A DNA stretch of 64,000 bases, taken from the NCBI RefSeq assembly GCF_002113885.1, contig NW_018403833.1, positions 62,001 through 126,000 on the forward strand, in the 5' to 3' direction. The stretch is from Mizuhopecten yessoensis. Lineage: Eukaryota. The notes below the pieces were generated by a model that saw nothing but the letters and a program-made list of their open reading frames with translations, was not told the DNA's origin and did no database searches. Shown piece after piece: positions 39,540-53,618 of the stretch (positions within the stretch are counted from its first letter, which is position 1; each line of letters begins with the position of its first letter). The translations under genes and the position numbers were made by a program.

Positions 39540-39722
39540 ATGACATGCCAATCATCATGACGCCCCAGACACATGACCAGACCCAGCCAATAATGAGGGC
39601 TGTGAGGATGAGCTGAAGGAGACCAAGCAGGATACTCAGAGTACAACTCCCACACTGCTCCCCGCCTCCCATGTCCTCGTTCCGGGAACAGCAGCACACA
39701 CATATTCCCGCCACGATGGTAC
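39540..39722 (-). CDS. SPEC3/stum-family paralog 2, exon 2
   Basis: 183 bp, phase 1/1. GTIVAGICVCCCSR...LGLLQLILTALIIGWVWSCVWG; GTAAGT donor. Confidence 0.87.
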
Positions 39723-40841
39723 CTACAGTAGTCGTAATATCATCTTGTATCACACGAATTTCGTTTTACACAATGAATACAATCAGTTGATAAAAAAAAA
39801 TCATCGAAACATTACAATGATCAAATATCAAACAAAATGATATATTGACACTCAAATGGCCAGTTTAAGGTATGTGTACTCGTACACTCTGCAAGCTTTC
39901 TTCCCTTAGTTAACGACTTCTATGTGATTTTATATTATTTTGCTTATTACCGTATTTAATTATATAATCACTTCTGACGTTAGCGCTGATATATTTAGCT
40001 TGACGTCTTGGCATTCTGACGTGACTAAAAAGCAATTATAACTATAACGTTTAAATGGCGTCACGGAGTAGAGCATGTGAAGTTTTAAAGATCCCATCCA
40101 ATGTTTTGTCTTTTAATTGGTAATCACCCCTTAATTTCGTTTTGATAGAACTGTAACACATTTTAGGCCAAGACAATTCCGTTGACCACTTAACTCACTC
40201 AGTTAGACCAACAATTCAATGGTCTAAAGTCAAGGATTTGAAACCCAGTCTTGCCCCGCTGAAATTTCACTTTTAGAACACTGTTGTTGATTTCAGTTTG
40301 TTTATGTCTTTTTTTTAATTTTTCATTAGTGTCCCATAAGGTATGGTTTTCTTTCCAGAAATGATTTAGCAGACGTATAGCCATGTCGAAAAAACTCAGT
40401 TTTCAGATTCGGCAGTAGTAACGCGGGGAACCTTATTAGGAAAATCTACACGCACATAAAAATATAAACGAAGAGAGATAACTCTGACAGTCCTATGTGT
40501 GTCACTTGGTAAACAATGTGTAATTACGTCAATACGATATTTCTTCCGTCTCCTTTTCAGGTTTGAATAATTCATGTATTCGTTCATTATGTTGTAAGTA
40601 AGCATACAGTACGTCGGGTAAATCTAAAATACCACGAACAAGCACGTGACACAGCTATAACGTGGCCACCACGCCCCGTCTCTGTTTGTCTGCAATGTTT
40701 ACATGTGTTATTTGTGTTCCTGTCAGTCCGGTATGTAAATGTGCATCACTGCGTATGTAATTTATTACGTAATCAAAACTCCACCCCATATTCCTTGACG
40801 TATAAAATAAGTGTGTGTGTATGGTCAGAATGTATACATAC

Positions 40842-40968
40842 CCAATCCAGGTACAACGAAGTTTAGCACACAGCATAGCGTCGCCAGAGGCATGGGAAGG
40901 GCTGGAATGTAGATCCTTTTCTTCTTACCCCGGGCCCTCAGGTTCCCATCACCACTACCGACACCCAT
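40842..40968 (-). CDS. SPEC3/stum-family paralog 2, exon 1 (model 40968-40842, 39722-39540, 38949-38525; 244 aa)
   Basis: MGVGSGDGNLRARGKKKRIYIPALPMPLATLCCVLNFVVPGLG followed by a GTATGT donor, phase 1. Too short to appear in the ORF track. Confidence 0.83.
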
Positions 40969-42024
40969 CTATCCCGGGGGTTAGGTTAATTCGCTGGGGA
41001 GCTCCACATCCGGTTGATCATCGGTGTGCTAGAATATGTGTGTGTCTGTTTACTGTGAAATCATATGGTAAGTACATGTAAGTCAGCGAGTGAGTGTGTT
41101 GCTGTGTGTGTAGGGTGTCGTATGGCTCAGTGAATTCCACTATCATATGATAAGGAAACTATATATATGCGTACATCGCTATAGGGCATACATATGTTCT
41201 ACGTACGTGTATCAAAACAACCTACATGTGCATCACCTCGACACACCTGTCATAAAAATACATATGTAGCTGATACAGTAATATTGATATATGGCATAAA
41301 AATCAACTAGACTTACACAAGTCCATTTTATTCGTGTTATATTCAGTGGAATCTGAAAAATATAGAAGAATTTTCGTAATTACCACAGTATTCTTCGGCA
41401 GCGACCGCAGACATTATAGTTAATTTTTATGCAAATGAATGGAAACCTTTCCTGTGCTATAATTAAATAGTTGATAGTAAGAGATTAATGTACGAATCAC
41501 GATTTCTTAGGTTACTAGTTACTAATTACCAGAATATGTATAGTACGTGACAAAGATTTTACTGTTTCGGTAAACACTGGGAAAATGCTGAGTCATTATA
41601 TAATTTCAATGCATGAACTGTAGTTACCATAAACTGATGACACTTTTATTACAGTGCATGTTTAAGTGAAGCGTATACGTCGAGGATATTATCATCTCGT
41701 CTAAGAAAGCTGTCATTAAATGTCATTTAACAGTCAAGCCAATGATCAAGACGAAATCTAGTCACTTCCGCAGCCACAGATCTATACAGCTACAATATAT
41801 ATTTAACCTCGTGTAGCAATTAATGGATTTAGTTCGTGATGACTGACGCGCAGATTAACCAAACACGGCCCTAAATATCTCCCCTAAGACAACAACCAGC
41901 TGTAAATATGCTACGTGAGTATCTTTTCAAGTTCAAGTTCTTTATTTGCTGAAGTTTTACAACTTAGGGCAATTACAGATAAGACAAAGACACTCACAAG
42001 GACACACTCACACTGACTCGGAAA

Positions 42025-42193
42025 CATCATCCTCATCATTAAGAACACTCACACTAAGTCGCACACATCATCATCATCATCATCATCATCATCAAGAACT
42101 CTCACACTAAGTCGCACACATCATCATCATCATAATCTTCATCATCCTCATCTTCTTCATCATCATCATCTTCATCATCCTCATCATCTTCAT
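42025..42193. repeat. (TCA/TCT)n microsatellite with a short local duplication, running into the assembly gap
   Basis: CATCATCAT runs; CTCACACTAAGTCGCACACA is present twice. Confidence 0.8.
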
Positions 42194-42331
42194 NNNNNNN
42201 NNNNNNNNNNNNNNNNNNNNNNNNNNNNNNNNNNNNNNNNNNNNNNNNNNNNNNNNNNNNNNNNNNNNNNNNNNNNNNNNNNNNNNNNNNNNNNNNNNNN
42301 NNNNNNNNNNNNNNNNNNNNNNNNNNNNNNN
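42194..42331. other. Assembly gap (138 N)
   Basis: Run of N bases. Confidence 0.99.
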
Positions 42332-42690
42332 CAAATATATACATACTAGGCCTTTTGAAATAATAATGCTTAATGTATTTAGACCGGAGGTCTGAATACC
42401 GATTACATTTAATTATAAAATGAAATTCATCTTCTTTATCATTTTCATTACATAAGATACATGTTCTTTCTTCTCTAGGTATATCTCTGTAACGGCTACG
42501 TTCGATGAACAGGTCATGCCCACATAAACGCATCTTTGAAATATGTTTTAGATCATTTAAATTAATTGCCTTATGAAGATATGGTTGCAATTTAATACTT
42601 TCCACTAAATGCTGATATAATACTCCTTTAGAAGAAGAATGAACTTTCTCTAGACAATCTTCCTGAAAACTATCACATCTCAGACGTTAA
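42332..42690 (-). mobile_element. Non-LTR retrotransposon ORF2 C-terminal fragment (CCHC-like zinc-binding tail)
   Basis: SKMRLCGHDLFIERSRY...ERTCILCN...EDEFHFIIKCNRYSDLR is a typical LINE C-terminal region. Confidence 0.75.
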
Positions 42691-42749
42691 ATACAACGAC
42701 TAATACAGTATATCCTCTAACGCCCGCCTCGAATCCATGGGATTTTAAA

Positions 42750-44708
42750 CTTATTTTGTTATTTGCTTACCTAACTATCCTCTTCGTCCCCGGTGGGACA
42801 TAAAGCCATAACAAACTGCCTCCACTTCTGTCTATCCTTTGCCATAGATTGTGCTTTTCCCCAACTGTAACCCATCTCTTGCAGTTCTGATGTTACTGTT
42901 CTTCGCCAAGTGTTGCGTGGTCTGCCTGGCTTTCTCTTTCCTGGTGGTGTCCAATGCAAAGCTGTCTTTACAGTGCGGTCGTGTGGCATTCGCAATACAT
43001 GGCCTAGCCATCTGAATCGTCTTTGTTTGATCTCTGTTGTTTATTTTCTTTGTTTGATCTCTGTTGTTTATTTTCTTTGTTTGATCTCTGTTGTTATTTT
43101 CTTTGTTTGATCTCTGTTGTTTATTTTCTTTGTTTGGTCTCTGTTGTTTCTTTTCTTTATTTGATCTCTATTGTTTCTTTCCTTTGTTTGATCTCTATTG
43201 TTTCTTTTCTTTGTTTGATCTCTGTTGTTTCTTTTCTTTGTTTGATCTCTGTTGTTTATTTTCTTTGTTTGATCTCTGTTGTTTCTTTTCTTTATTTGAT
43301 CTCTATTGTTTCTTTCCTTTGTTTGATCTCTTTTGTTTATTTTCTTTGTTTGATCTCTATTGTTTCTTTTCTTTGTTTGATCTCTGTTGTTTCTTTTCTT
43401 TGTTTGATCTCTGTTGTTTCTTTTCTTTGTTTGATCTCTGTTGTTTCTTTTCTTTATTTGATCTCTTTTGTTTATTTTCTTTGTTTGACCTCTGTTGTTT
43501 GTTTTCTTTGATTGATCTCTGTTGTTTCTTTTCTTTATTTGATCTCTATTGTTTCTTTTCTTTGTTTGATCTCTGTTGTTTCTTTTCTTTGTTTGATCTC
43601 TGTTGTTTGTTTTCTTTGATTGATCTCTGTTGTTTCTTTTCTTTATTTGATCTCTATTGTTTCTTTCCTTTGTTTGATCTCTGTTGTTTCTTTTCTTTGT
43701 TTGATCTCTGTTGTTTCTTTTCTTTGTTTGATCTCTGTTGTTTGTTTTCTTTGTTTGATCTCTGTTGTTTCTTTTCTTTATTTGATCTCTATTGTTTCTT
43801 TCCTTTGTTTGATCTCTGTTGTTTCTTTTCTTTGTTTGATCTCTATTGTTTCTTTTCTTTGTTTGATCTCTGTTGTTTGTTTTCTTTGTTTGATCTCTGT
43901 TGTTTGTTTTCTTTATTTGATCTCTATTGTTTCTTTTCTTTGTTTGATCTCTATTGTTTCTTTTCTTTGTTTGATCTCTGTTGTTTCTTTTCTTTGTTTG
44001 ATCCTTGTTGTTTGTTTTCTTTGATTGATCTCTGTTGTTTCTTTTCTTTATTTGATCTCTGTTGTTTCTTTTCTTTGTTTGATCCTTGTTGTTGGTTTTC
44101 TTTGATTGATCTCTGTTGTTTCTTTTCTTTATTTGATCTCTATTGTTTCCTTTCTTTGTTTGATCTCTGTTGTTTCTTTTCTTTGTTTGATCCTTGTTGT
44201 TTGTTTTCTTTGATTGATCTCTGTTGTTTCTTTTCTTTCTTTGATCTCTGTTGTTTCTTTTCTTTGTTTGATCCTTGTTGTTTGTTTTCTTTGATTGATC
44301 TCTGTTGTTTCTTTTCTTTGTTTGATCTCTGTTGTTTATTTTCTTTATTTGATCTCTGCATGTTGTTTATTTTCTTTGTTTGATCTCTGTTGTTTCTTTT
44401 CTTTATTTGATCTCTATTGTTTCTTTTCTTTATTTGATCTCTGTTGTTTATTTTCTTTGTTTAATCTCTGCATATTGTTTATTTTCTTTGTTTGATCTCT
44501 GTTGTTTATTTTCTTTGTTTTGGTTATTTTGAGTAGCTCTTCGTTGGTGATCTTTTTTGGCCAAAATATCTTGTGTATTCTTCTCAGACAGCTGTTGTGA
44601 AAAGCTTCAACCTTTTGTAGATCAGTAACTACTATTCTCCAGCGTTCAGAACCGTACAGAAGAACAGATTTAACATTGCTGTTATAGATTCTTAGTTTGG
44701 TTATTTGC
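42750..44708 (-). mobile_element. 5'-truncated RTE-clade LINE, interrupted by an internal 27-bp minisatellite
   Basis: 44708-44520 translates TKLRIYNSNVKSVLLYGSERW...CLRRIHKIFWPKKITNEELL. 43022-42771 continues RRFRWLGHVLRMP...ALHWTPPGKRKPGRPRNTWRRTV...AKDRQKWR. Confidence 0.85.
43021..44520. repeat. Minisatellite, 27-bp unit CTTTGTTTGATCTCTGTTGTTTCTTTT, ~55 copies
   Basis: Direct periodicity; it produces spurious 9-aa-periodic ORFs. Confidence 0.95.
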
Positions 44709-44943
44709 TTAGGCTAGACAAAAACAAAGTTGTGTTTCCTGTATGTAACATGTTGGGAAAAATTTAGGGTATGTAGGTAGGTAGGATACACGTTTTATTT
44801 TTAAAAATAATTTTATGTGGTTTATATATGTTGACTTTAACACTGCTTCTTTTAAAATTGTCTTAAAACGTTGAGGGCTAGTACAAAAAATAATAGGGTA
44901 GGTAGGGTTACCGGAAACACCAAATATGTTTGATTGGGCCTTA
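44709..44943. mobile_element. MITE-like element abutting the truncated end of the RTE LINE
   Basis: Imperfect TIRs TTAGGCTAGACAAAAACAAAGTTGTGTTTCCTGT / ACCGGAAACACCAAATATGTTTGATTGGGCCTTA, with internal GGTA repeats. Confidence 0.55.
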
Positions 44944-46599
44944 TAAACCCAATGTAGGTTTGGGAAATGAAGAGGTGTACAATATCCCACTGTATCTTAT
45001 GAGGTGGCGACAAAGATGGCCCCTTTTGGAGAAGCTTATGTTACAGCTCAATTGCAGTCTGCTTAATCTTTCGTTTCAGCGGTATCTTCCTGGTCATCCG
45101 TCTTAGATAACGTAAGCTTTTACAAGGACGTAAAACATAAACAAAACAAAAACTTAACTATTAAGTTACCATAGAGATACACATTTACACACTGTCGTAC
45201 TAACCCAATATGTTCCATACGTCTTTATATTGCACTAAGGTTACTCAAGTTTTTATGTCTCAGAAATTGACAAGGATATCATGATGCCAAATTTTTACAA
45301 TATCTGTTTTAATGTGCTTTTAGAGAAAGGGAATACATTATTAGAATGATGGTTTAAGATAAAAATATATATATATATATATCATGATACTGATATGATA
45401 ACAATTCCGCAATCGTCAATAATGACGGAGGAAGGTTTCAAGATGAAGATGAAGATAAAGATGTCAGGTGATAATTGTTTCGTTTGTTTTTAATTCTCAT
45501 TTTTTATCAACCTCCCATTACATCGTTTTGATATTTGTAAGCTCTGTATATTATAATGTAATAATAATATATGACAATACTGGACGCAGGCAAACGCCTA
45601 TATATCAATATCATGTGTATGGTCAGCATCTAGACTGACGCCCTGACAGTGAATAAGTTAATTATTGTCAAGTTCATGATTATAAAAACATTCTGTAGAT
45701 ATACCGTTTCCTTTGCTTTTAGGAAGTAGGTCATTATTCCGGTTAGCTGTTCCATGTAGGGTTTTTTTCAATGGGAATTTTGAAACATTTGAAATTCAGA
45801 TCGTATAATTATATTTCAGAATTAATATCTCATTTTTATGTCATTAATAAAACGTGTTTGTAGCTGGGTATCTGTGTGGTCGAATCTGTTAATATAGATT
45901 GATAAGAATCCCTAGTCATATGAAAAAGTTAAGCTTTTGATCGTGGAGTTTCAAACATGATACAATAAGACTGAGAATGACCCTTACCACACACTGCATG
46001 CTGTAGTTATGTATGATTCATAGTAATGCAAGCTTCTTGGTCCCATGTTTCGCGAACCTGCTTTAATTTAAATGTTCCCACTGGAAAGCTTTCTGAGAAA
46101 TAAGGAAGACCTTGAGTTACTGGCCAATTTCAGCAATGTTTTCTGATGGGTAAACGCAAAGTTCAAGATTTTTTTTTAAAATGGAACCATAAAGTAAAAA
46201 TACGGTATAACCGTTGTCATTGTTGTGAAATGTTTGTTACAAATTCTTTCCGACTTAGAGATTACATATAAATGACATCTTGCTATGCATTTTGCAGACT
46301 TTTCAAGTACAGGGGTCGAATAAAGGACCTATGCACCAAACGCTAATCCTACACTATAGCATTATAAACGCACATCATCAAAATGAGAGCTCAACAAATT
46401 TGCTCAACTTACATGGAGAAATGAGTACCTTGATAAGGGGAGTAACTCTAAACCAGAAAACCCCTTTGGTTGCTTCATCCCTCTATATGTGTTCGTTGCA
46501 ATCTTTTTTTCTTACCACTTATTATCTGCATCCTCCTAACCATCTTGTCGAAACAGTGTTTCTCAGTTTTCTGGCCGAGGGTGTGATACTTTAGGATGG

Positions 46600-46770
46600 G
46601 CTTGGTTTGGTTTAATTTTGCTTAACATCTTATTAACAGCTAAGGTCATTTAAGGACGTGCCTCCATGTGTATAGCGTATGCGTGCTTGCTTGCGTGTGT
46701 GTATGCAGGAGACAGGGTATGTTGGTGTTCTTGCCACCGTGTGATAGCGCGGTTCTGATGCCGATATTTT
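46600..46770 (-). mobile_element. 3' fragment of the Meta-core SINE family
   Basis: Matches the 14795-14950 tail (TTGGTTTGGTTT...AACAGCTAAGGTCATTTAA...GTGATAGCGCGG). Confidence 0.6.
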
Positions 46771-49700
46771 TGGAAGTTACTGATTAGATAGAACATGATA
46801 AGTCATAATAACTTCGGATTCTAATGAAATCCATATTTTTGCATTTTACGTAATCCGTCTCCGTAAGTTGGTTTGTCTTTAAATGCTTGGGTAAATTTCC
46901 GGAGGAAAACAAATCGTGCAATAAGGTTTTAACGATTTTATACACAGTTCTTTCATTTAAGTTGATAAAAGTAGAAATAATACTGAAAGTAAACAAAATA
47001 TAAGTATGACAGTCATATCATGTCAATATATTCTGTATCACACCTACATCAAGTAAAATCAAGGAACGCAATGAGGTCAAGTTATATATGAATAATTGAA
47101 GATTTATTTCATTAATAAAAAACATATTTTAGGCGATCGAATCTGCTGACTAATACATGGTATATGGATCACATGACACCGCTATGTATTATTTATTCTG
47201 CAATGATATAGGCAAAATCTTTCCCTTTTCATCGCTTTATAAGATGTCTTCTTCCACTTGCGAAAGATAACAAATTTTATTTTTGAAAAAAAAACAATGA
47301 AAACACACTAGCGTGTAACAACACGCACAGAAAAGCACTATATATTATGGATATTGGCAATGCCTTGGTCGTACTCAATATTTCCAAATATTCATGAAAA
47401 CATTGAAATTCTACCACACTTTTGAAATATAAACGTTCGTCACAGGACTTTTTTTTATATATGTGTCATCTATATTTAGATTATGTATTAACCACCATGA
47501 GATTAAAAACAGAGTAAAAATATCACAATGTCAATGTGATTATAGAAAACTCAACAAAGACATGAAATTCACAGACTTTAAGCGTTATACATGATACAAT
47601 ATATAGAGTAAACTCTTTAGGGTGTCAACATTTGGACACTTGTTTGGCGATTCCGAAAGCAAAAAGCATAACCAGGCTCTGTGTCTCTGTGGCTAACTCC
47701 TAGTTTGTAAGGTGCTTAGTTTATAAGTTATAATCAACTATAGAAGCAAGTTCCATTTTTACCCTGATCAACCTCCATTCCATGTCACCCACATTCTTGA
47801 CGGCGGTTTCAATAGTAGTCAGTGAGAAATGCCAGCGAAAATTCACTTCGCCCGTATAACAAAACCACGAAATACGAAACACACATGCATTTTGTGTCTA
47901 ACTTCAGAGTACATGTATGTTCGTTGCGATGAGGAAGGACATGTATCGGAAAATAACGCATTCGAAAATAACATTTTAAAACGAAAAGCAATATCAGCAC
48001 CATTATAAATTGCTATCACATTAAAAACAACTGTGTGTTAGAGATCGCGTTCGACAGAACGTTTATATGCGAGAACATACTCGCGGAGTTAATAAGCATC
48101 TTTTTGAGCAAGATCAATGCAACTTTCTTATCACAAAGTCGAGGAACGCCGAACATGTAATTACATCGAACTCATTTTTGAATTCGAGAGTATTTTTCCG
48201 GTTTTCTTGTCACTGACTGCCCGTGCAAGTTACTCATCGAGTAGGACTGCCGACTATAATTCTTCTGGAGACACAATATGACATGCACATTTTATATTTT
48301 GGACTTAATTAGGAAAAAGGTGCCCCTCATAAATCAGTCCAAAATATTTGAAAGATATGCGGGAAGTCATTTGTGACTATGGCTATAAATTATCCTCCAT
48401 TTCTGCCTCCATCTCGAGATGTTCATGGTAACACACATCACACACGATGGCGTAATCTCCTCCTTGAAATGGAATCTGTTTTGTGTAACACTGGCGACAC
48501 ACAATGTCGGTACACCGCCGACAAGCAAACTGAAAAGAAGAGATGTTTTGATGTAATAGCTAACGAAAATGATGTTGCAGTTACAAAGGGCGCAGTCATT
48601 GAAACTCTTGTTTACATCCGCTTTTTAATACTTTTCCATCCAAAAAATAACACATGATTTTAGGAGGATCTGAATTCGATTAGTTATTTCAATAAATAAA
48701 CAATTTGTCAGTTACCAGTTTGGATAAAGTGTTTTATGTTTTCTAAACTCACATACTAAACCAAAAAGACGCCAGCAATTTTCGAGCGTGATGGCATAGA
48801 CTTACCCGATGATCTTCTGTGACGAAATCCTTCTGACACACGCCACACCGAAGGGCCGACCTGAGGTTTGGGGCCTCGTTAGCTTCCGGCAAATTTTGTG
48901 TCGGGGGCTAAAAAATACAAGTTCGAGTCCGTTAACACTGGAAGTCACATAAATCATCGGCTTGAGAGACTCGACGGTGAACGAGCACGTAAGACTAACA
49001 CGAGGAATCAGTTTTTTCTTTCTCCTTTGTGGTTCTCAATTTGGATTTCGTATTTCGTCATTTTGCTGATAAGAATATATTCAACACAATTCTTTACAAA
49101 GCGTTCTACATTTATGTACGACAAATGATTTTTTTTAAAGATAACCCATTCTTGAATTACACTCTTCGCTTGACAAAGGACGTTTTCGAAATTTCTTAAA
49201 ATAGGTTTTCAATTCCTGTTTGTAAAAATGTAGAGGTATAATCAGTAAGGTAGCATATAAACTTAAGGGAGATAACTCTTAACACAAAGCACATGTGCAT
49301 ATCTCCTTAAAGGAGATAACTCTAACACGAAGCATAGATGTTAAATGTGTAAGGCAGTATATATCCTTAAGGGAGATCGCCTTTACAGACATCATGGGTA
49401 TAATGCGTACGGTAGTATGTGTCCTTAATGAAGTAATTCTCTAACCCACATGTACCATATAATATACTAAAGGGAGATAATTCTTACCGAACTAGCGTTA
49501 TAGATAATGTATGTATATAGAGTAAGAGGGAATGATTTTCCGATCCTAAAACATGTGATTCTATAGATAGACAATGGAGTATAACGTGTGCTTTTCAATG
49601 TTAAATGTCTATATGGTAATGGTAATAATGTCCTATCCTCGGGGAATAGAAATATAAAGTGTGACAACACACAACTCATAGTAGATTAATGTATAAGTCA

Positions 49701-52254
49701 GACCAATGGGTTCTGGAGAAACAACTGTCGCATGGTAGCCAGGTCAACATTGCCGTATCGTTCATAAATACACCCATCGTTATAAGTCATCCATAAAATT
49801 ACAATGAATTCCATTGGTCTGTCAGAAACAACCCCGTGGACAGTGAATGTATTTTTGCTGTGGTATAACAAACGATATTTGTCCACGATTGTGAAATAGA
49901 GCGGTAAATCCCGTAACAATATAAACGGTCAAGCAGTTTGACTTTGTCTTTATGATAATACTAACATCTTTTATTTATACAGGGTTACATATTTAGGTTT
50001 ACATCTAACCTACAATATGGCCCTGTAATACACAATTTACAATGGACATGGACATGATACTGTACATACAATGACATATACAGTATATGCAGACCCTGAC
50101 AAGTTAAAGTATTAAACTATTCGTCTCATCTTTGACTTTGGGGTGTCGTGGGTTTTCAACAGAAAAATTAGTCGATGTTTTTTGCGTTTTTTATTTCTTT
50201 GATAGTTTTGAGAAAATTCTGTTAATTTGATGATGTATTTTTGCATACAATGACGTCATATTTGGCGGCCGCATGTTTATCTCGTGACGTTGAGTGTTAC
50301 CAAAACCAGTCTACAGCCAAATAATTGTGTCAAAAGAAAAAATAACTGTGCCATATTTCAGTCACAATGAAGAAATAAAATTTCTGTTCGATTATTTATC
50401 ATGACACGCATGTAAATTACTTGATTGATGTCATGTCTTTTACACGATACAAACATGATCAATGTCCTGTTAACGTATTCACGGATATCGAAGTTCTGTA
50501 CGAATATATTACATACATTGTAATAGACACATCCGAAGACTTGACCTCACGTGTACTGTCAACCTAATAATGCTATTAATCAACCGAATACAATCATATA
50601 CATGTATATTTCAAATTAAAAAAAAAAATGGCAGCAGCTGTCAATGGCCATACCAGTTTATTCTTTTAAGCAGAGGTGGCTATTGGGCCCTTCCAAAAAA
50701 GTAGAAGGCATGAGAGAAAGAAATTATTAAAGGTTCCAAATGATAAAATGGGAACGACAGATCACATTTTGTTTTTGTCTTATGTATCCCCTAGATTATA
50801 CAGCTGGGGCCCTACATAGGTAGCCTTATGTAACCACGCGCTTTGGGACACAACAGGTATATTCTTTCCCCGACGGCTGTATGGGTACGTAGCGGTGAGA
50901 GGTTTGGTAATTTTTCGACTGCATTTAAATCCATTATTAAAATATTTATGGGAAAATATACCTGTTATAACCAATGAGAAGGCTCATTCAGACTATAACT
51001 ACTATATATATATATGAAAACTATTAGCTAGTTTACAATTAATTATTTTGAGCATATATCTATATTTACAATGCATGTTTATATTTAAAATGTATATATT
51101 AGGACAACAGATTTAATAAGTCAGTCATTTTAACTTAAATTCATATTGGCTCTATAGAGGATTTGACGTGAAGCGAGCTTTTGATGTCTATTTTGTAAGC
51201 TGCATTCAATGCAGGATAAGCATAATGGAATAATCGACCGCACTGTGGAAATTTAAGTGGCAATTACCACGCTCATTTTCGAAAAAGCATATGGATTTTT
51301 TTCCTTTTCATGTACACATTTTGCTCGTTTTGAAACGAATATTTCATTGGTATGATTATTATTTATTTTTTATTTTGAATTAATGAAACAGTCTAACAGA
51401 ATACGAAATTGTTAACGATGTTTGCCGGGTAGGTTAGACCGCAGTCGGTTCTATGTGTGTAAAATGTGGACTGCTCTCTAGTAATTCATTAATTTCCTTG
51501 GTGTGTTATCAAACGTTCTCATTTCATATACTTCAAAACGGCTGACTTATATAAAACAAGCTCTCGTATGGAAAGGTACATTTTAAAATTTTGTAACAAA
51601 CTCGAAAAACACAATATTAAGGATAATAGCTAGAACATGACCAGGGTAAATACCAAATTTATCTCTAATGTTTAATTGATTTATATATATATATATATAA
51701 GTATAATATATACAAGATGTAATGTTTTAGAACAAAAAGAATTATTGCTAGCTAGCTAATTTTGCCGACTTCCGGCCAAACTTCGATAAAACCGGTGAAC
51801 AAAGGACTTTGGTCTGTATTCATGCATGAAACCGTTATTATGCTAAAGCATGGATTCTGTGCTCAAACCATCCTCGATATTCCAACATTCTCGTAACTTG
51901 CATAAATCATGTGATACAGTCAAAACGTCAAGAGTGAACCCTGAAAACGGTATTCAGTTTAGTTTAAACTTTATTTTATTATCGGTATGATATTCCAGTG
52001 ATGCCACCATGATGTACATATAATCCAAACCATCGATAAAGTGTTATTTGTTATTAATTTATCATCAAAGCAAGTAATCTGTCTTGAGCACATAATCTGA
52101 GTTTGAGCACAAGAACAGTTTCTGGATACAGTCCCATATTTCTGGATATTGCGAGACACGAGATCCGATAAAAGTACGCACTATTTCGCTATCCAATGCT
52201 GTTCCCAGATATTTTGGTAATTTTAGGTGACAGAGTTATGAGACGTGCCGCGGG

Positions 52255-53160
52255 CAAAGTGACACACGGACGAGCTGACAGATGGACTGACGGACAAAGT
52301 GACACACGGACGAGCTGACAGATTGGCTGACAGACAAAGGGACACACGGACGAGCTGACAGATTGACTGACAGACAAAGTGACACACGGACGAGCTGACA
52401 GATTGACTGACAGGCGAAGTGACACTCGGACGAGCTGACAGATTGGCTGACAGACAAAGTGACACACGGACGAGCTGACAGATTGGCTGGCAGACAAAGT
52501 GACACTCGGACGAGCTGGCAGATGGGCTGACAGACAAAGTGAAACACGGACGAACTGGCAGATTGGCTGACAGACAAAGTGACACACGGACGAGCTGACA
52601 GATTGACTGACAGATAAAGTGACACACTGACGAGCTGGCAGATGGGCTGACAGACAAAGTGACACTCGGACGAGCTGACAGATGGGCTGACATACAAAGT
52701 GACACACGGACGAGCTGACAGATTGGCTGACAGACAAAGTGACACTCGGACGAGCTGGCAGATGGGCTGACAGACAAAGTGAAACACGGACGAGCTGGCA
52801 GATGGGCTGACAGACAAAGTGACACACGCACGAGCTGACAGATTGGCTGACCGACAAAGTGACACTCGGACGGGCTGGCAGATGGGCTGGCAGACAAAGT
52901 GACACGCGGACGAGCTGACGGATGGGCTGACAGACAAAGAGAAACACGGACGAGCTGGGAGATGGGCTGACAGACAAAGTGACACTCGGACGAGCTAACA
53001 GATGGACTGACGGACAAAATGTCACATTGACGGGCTGGTAGATTGGGTGACAGACAAAGTGACACTCGGACGAGCTAATAGATGGACTGATAGACAAAAT
53101 GACACAATGACGGACTGGCAGATTGGCTGACGGACAAAGTGACACACGGACGAACTAGCA
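52255..53160. repeat. Minisatellite, 40-bp unit GTGACACACGGACGAGCTGACAGATTGGCTGACAGACAAA, ~22 copies
   Basis: Exact 40-bp period; stop-free in three minus-strand frames. Confidence 0.95.
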
Positions 53161-53618
53161 TGTGGGATGCCGAATTGACCTGTTTCATGTTTAGTACTGC
53201 CCAACATGAACAAAGGATTAGGTACAAGTTATTGCAACTTACCTACACCTTTTCCTCCTTACATACATGTATGCAATTTTATAGACTAACGTCAAGACTG
53301 ATGTAAATATATATTATACGATAAACATGAATGTTTGCTCGTACCAAAATAATTCAGTACTTGTGTCTACGGCAATCTCTCCGAGTCCAAAGAGTAATAC
53401 ATGTAAATTATGAGCATTCATATTCCCAACAGTATTATTATAATTTTCACAAAACATATTCCTTATATCTTTATAATGCAGACCTTCAAAAAATGTTTGT
53501 CTTGTTCAGTTTCCGTAAGGATGTATGCTTTCTTACTCTGTGTCAGGGAAGTCTGTTTTGCATTTCCATACCGTCTTTTTTAACTACATCATACATGTGA
53601 AATATTACTATTTCCTCT

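Noticed and set aside
42102-42605. 167-aa ORF with an acidic tail
   Set aside because: A chimera of a LINE fragment, the N gap and a (TCA)n microsatellite.
43023-44495. 430-aa and other Cys/Phe/Leu-rich ORFs
   Set aside because: These are translations of a 27-bp minisatellite, antisense to a LINE, with 9-aa periodicity and no gene structure.
52189-53145. Three overlapping 249-318-aa ORFs
   Set aside because: A 40-bp tandem repeat that happens to be stop-free; the same peptide cycles through all frames.
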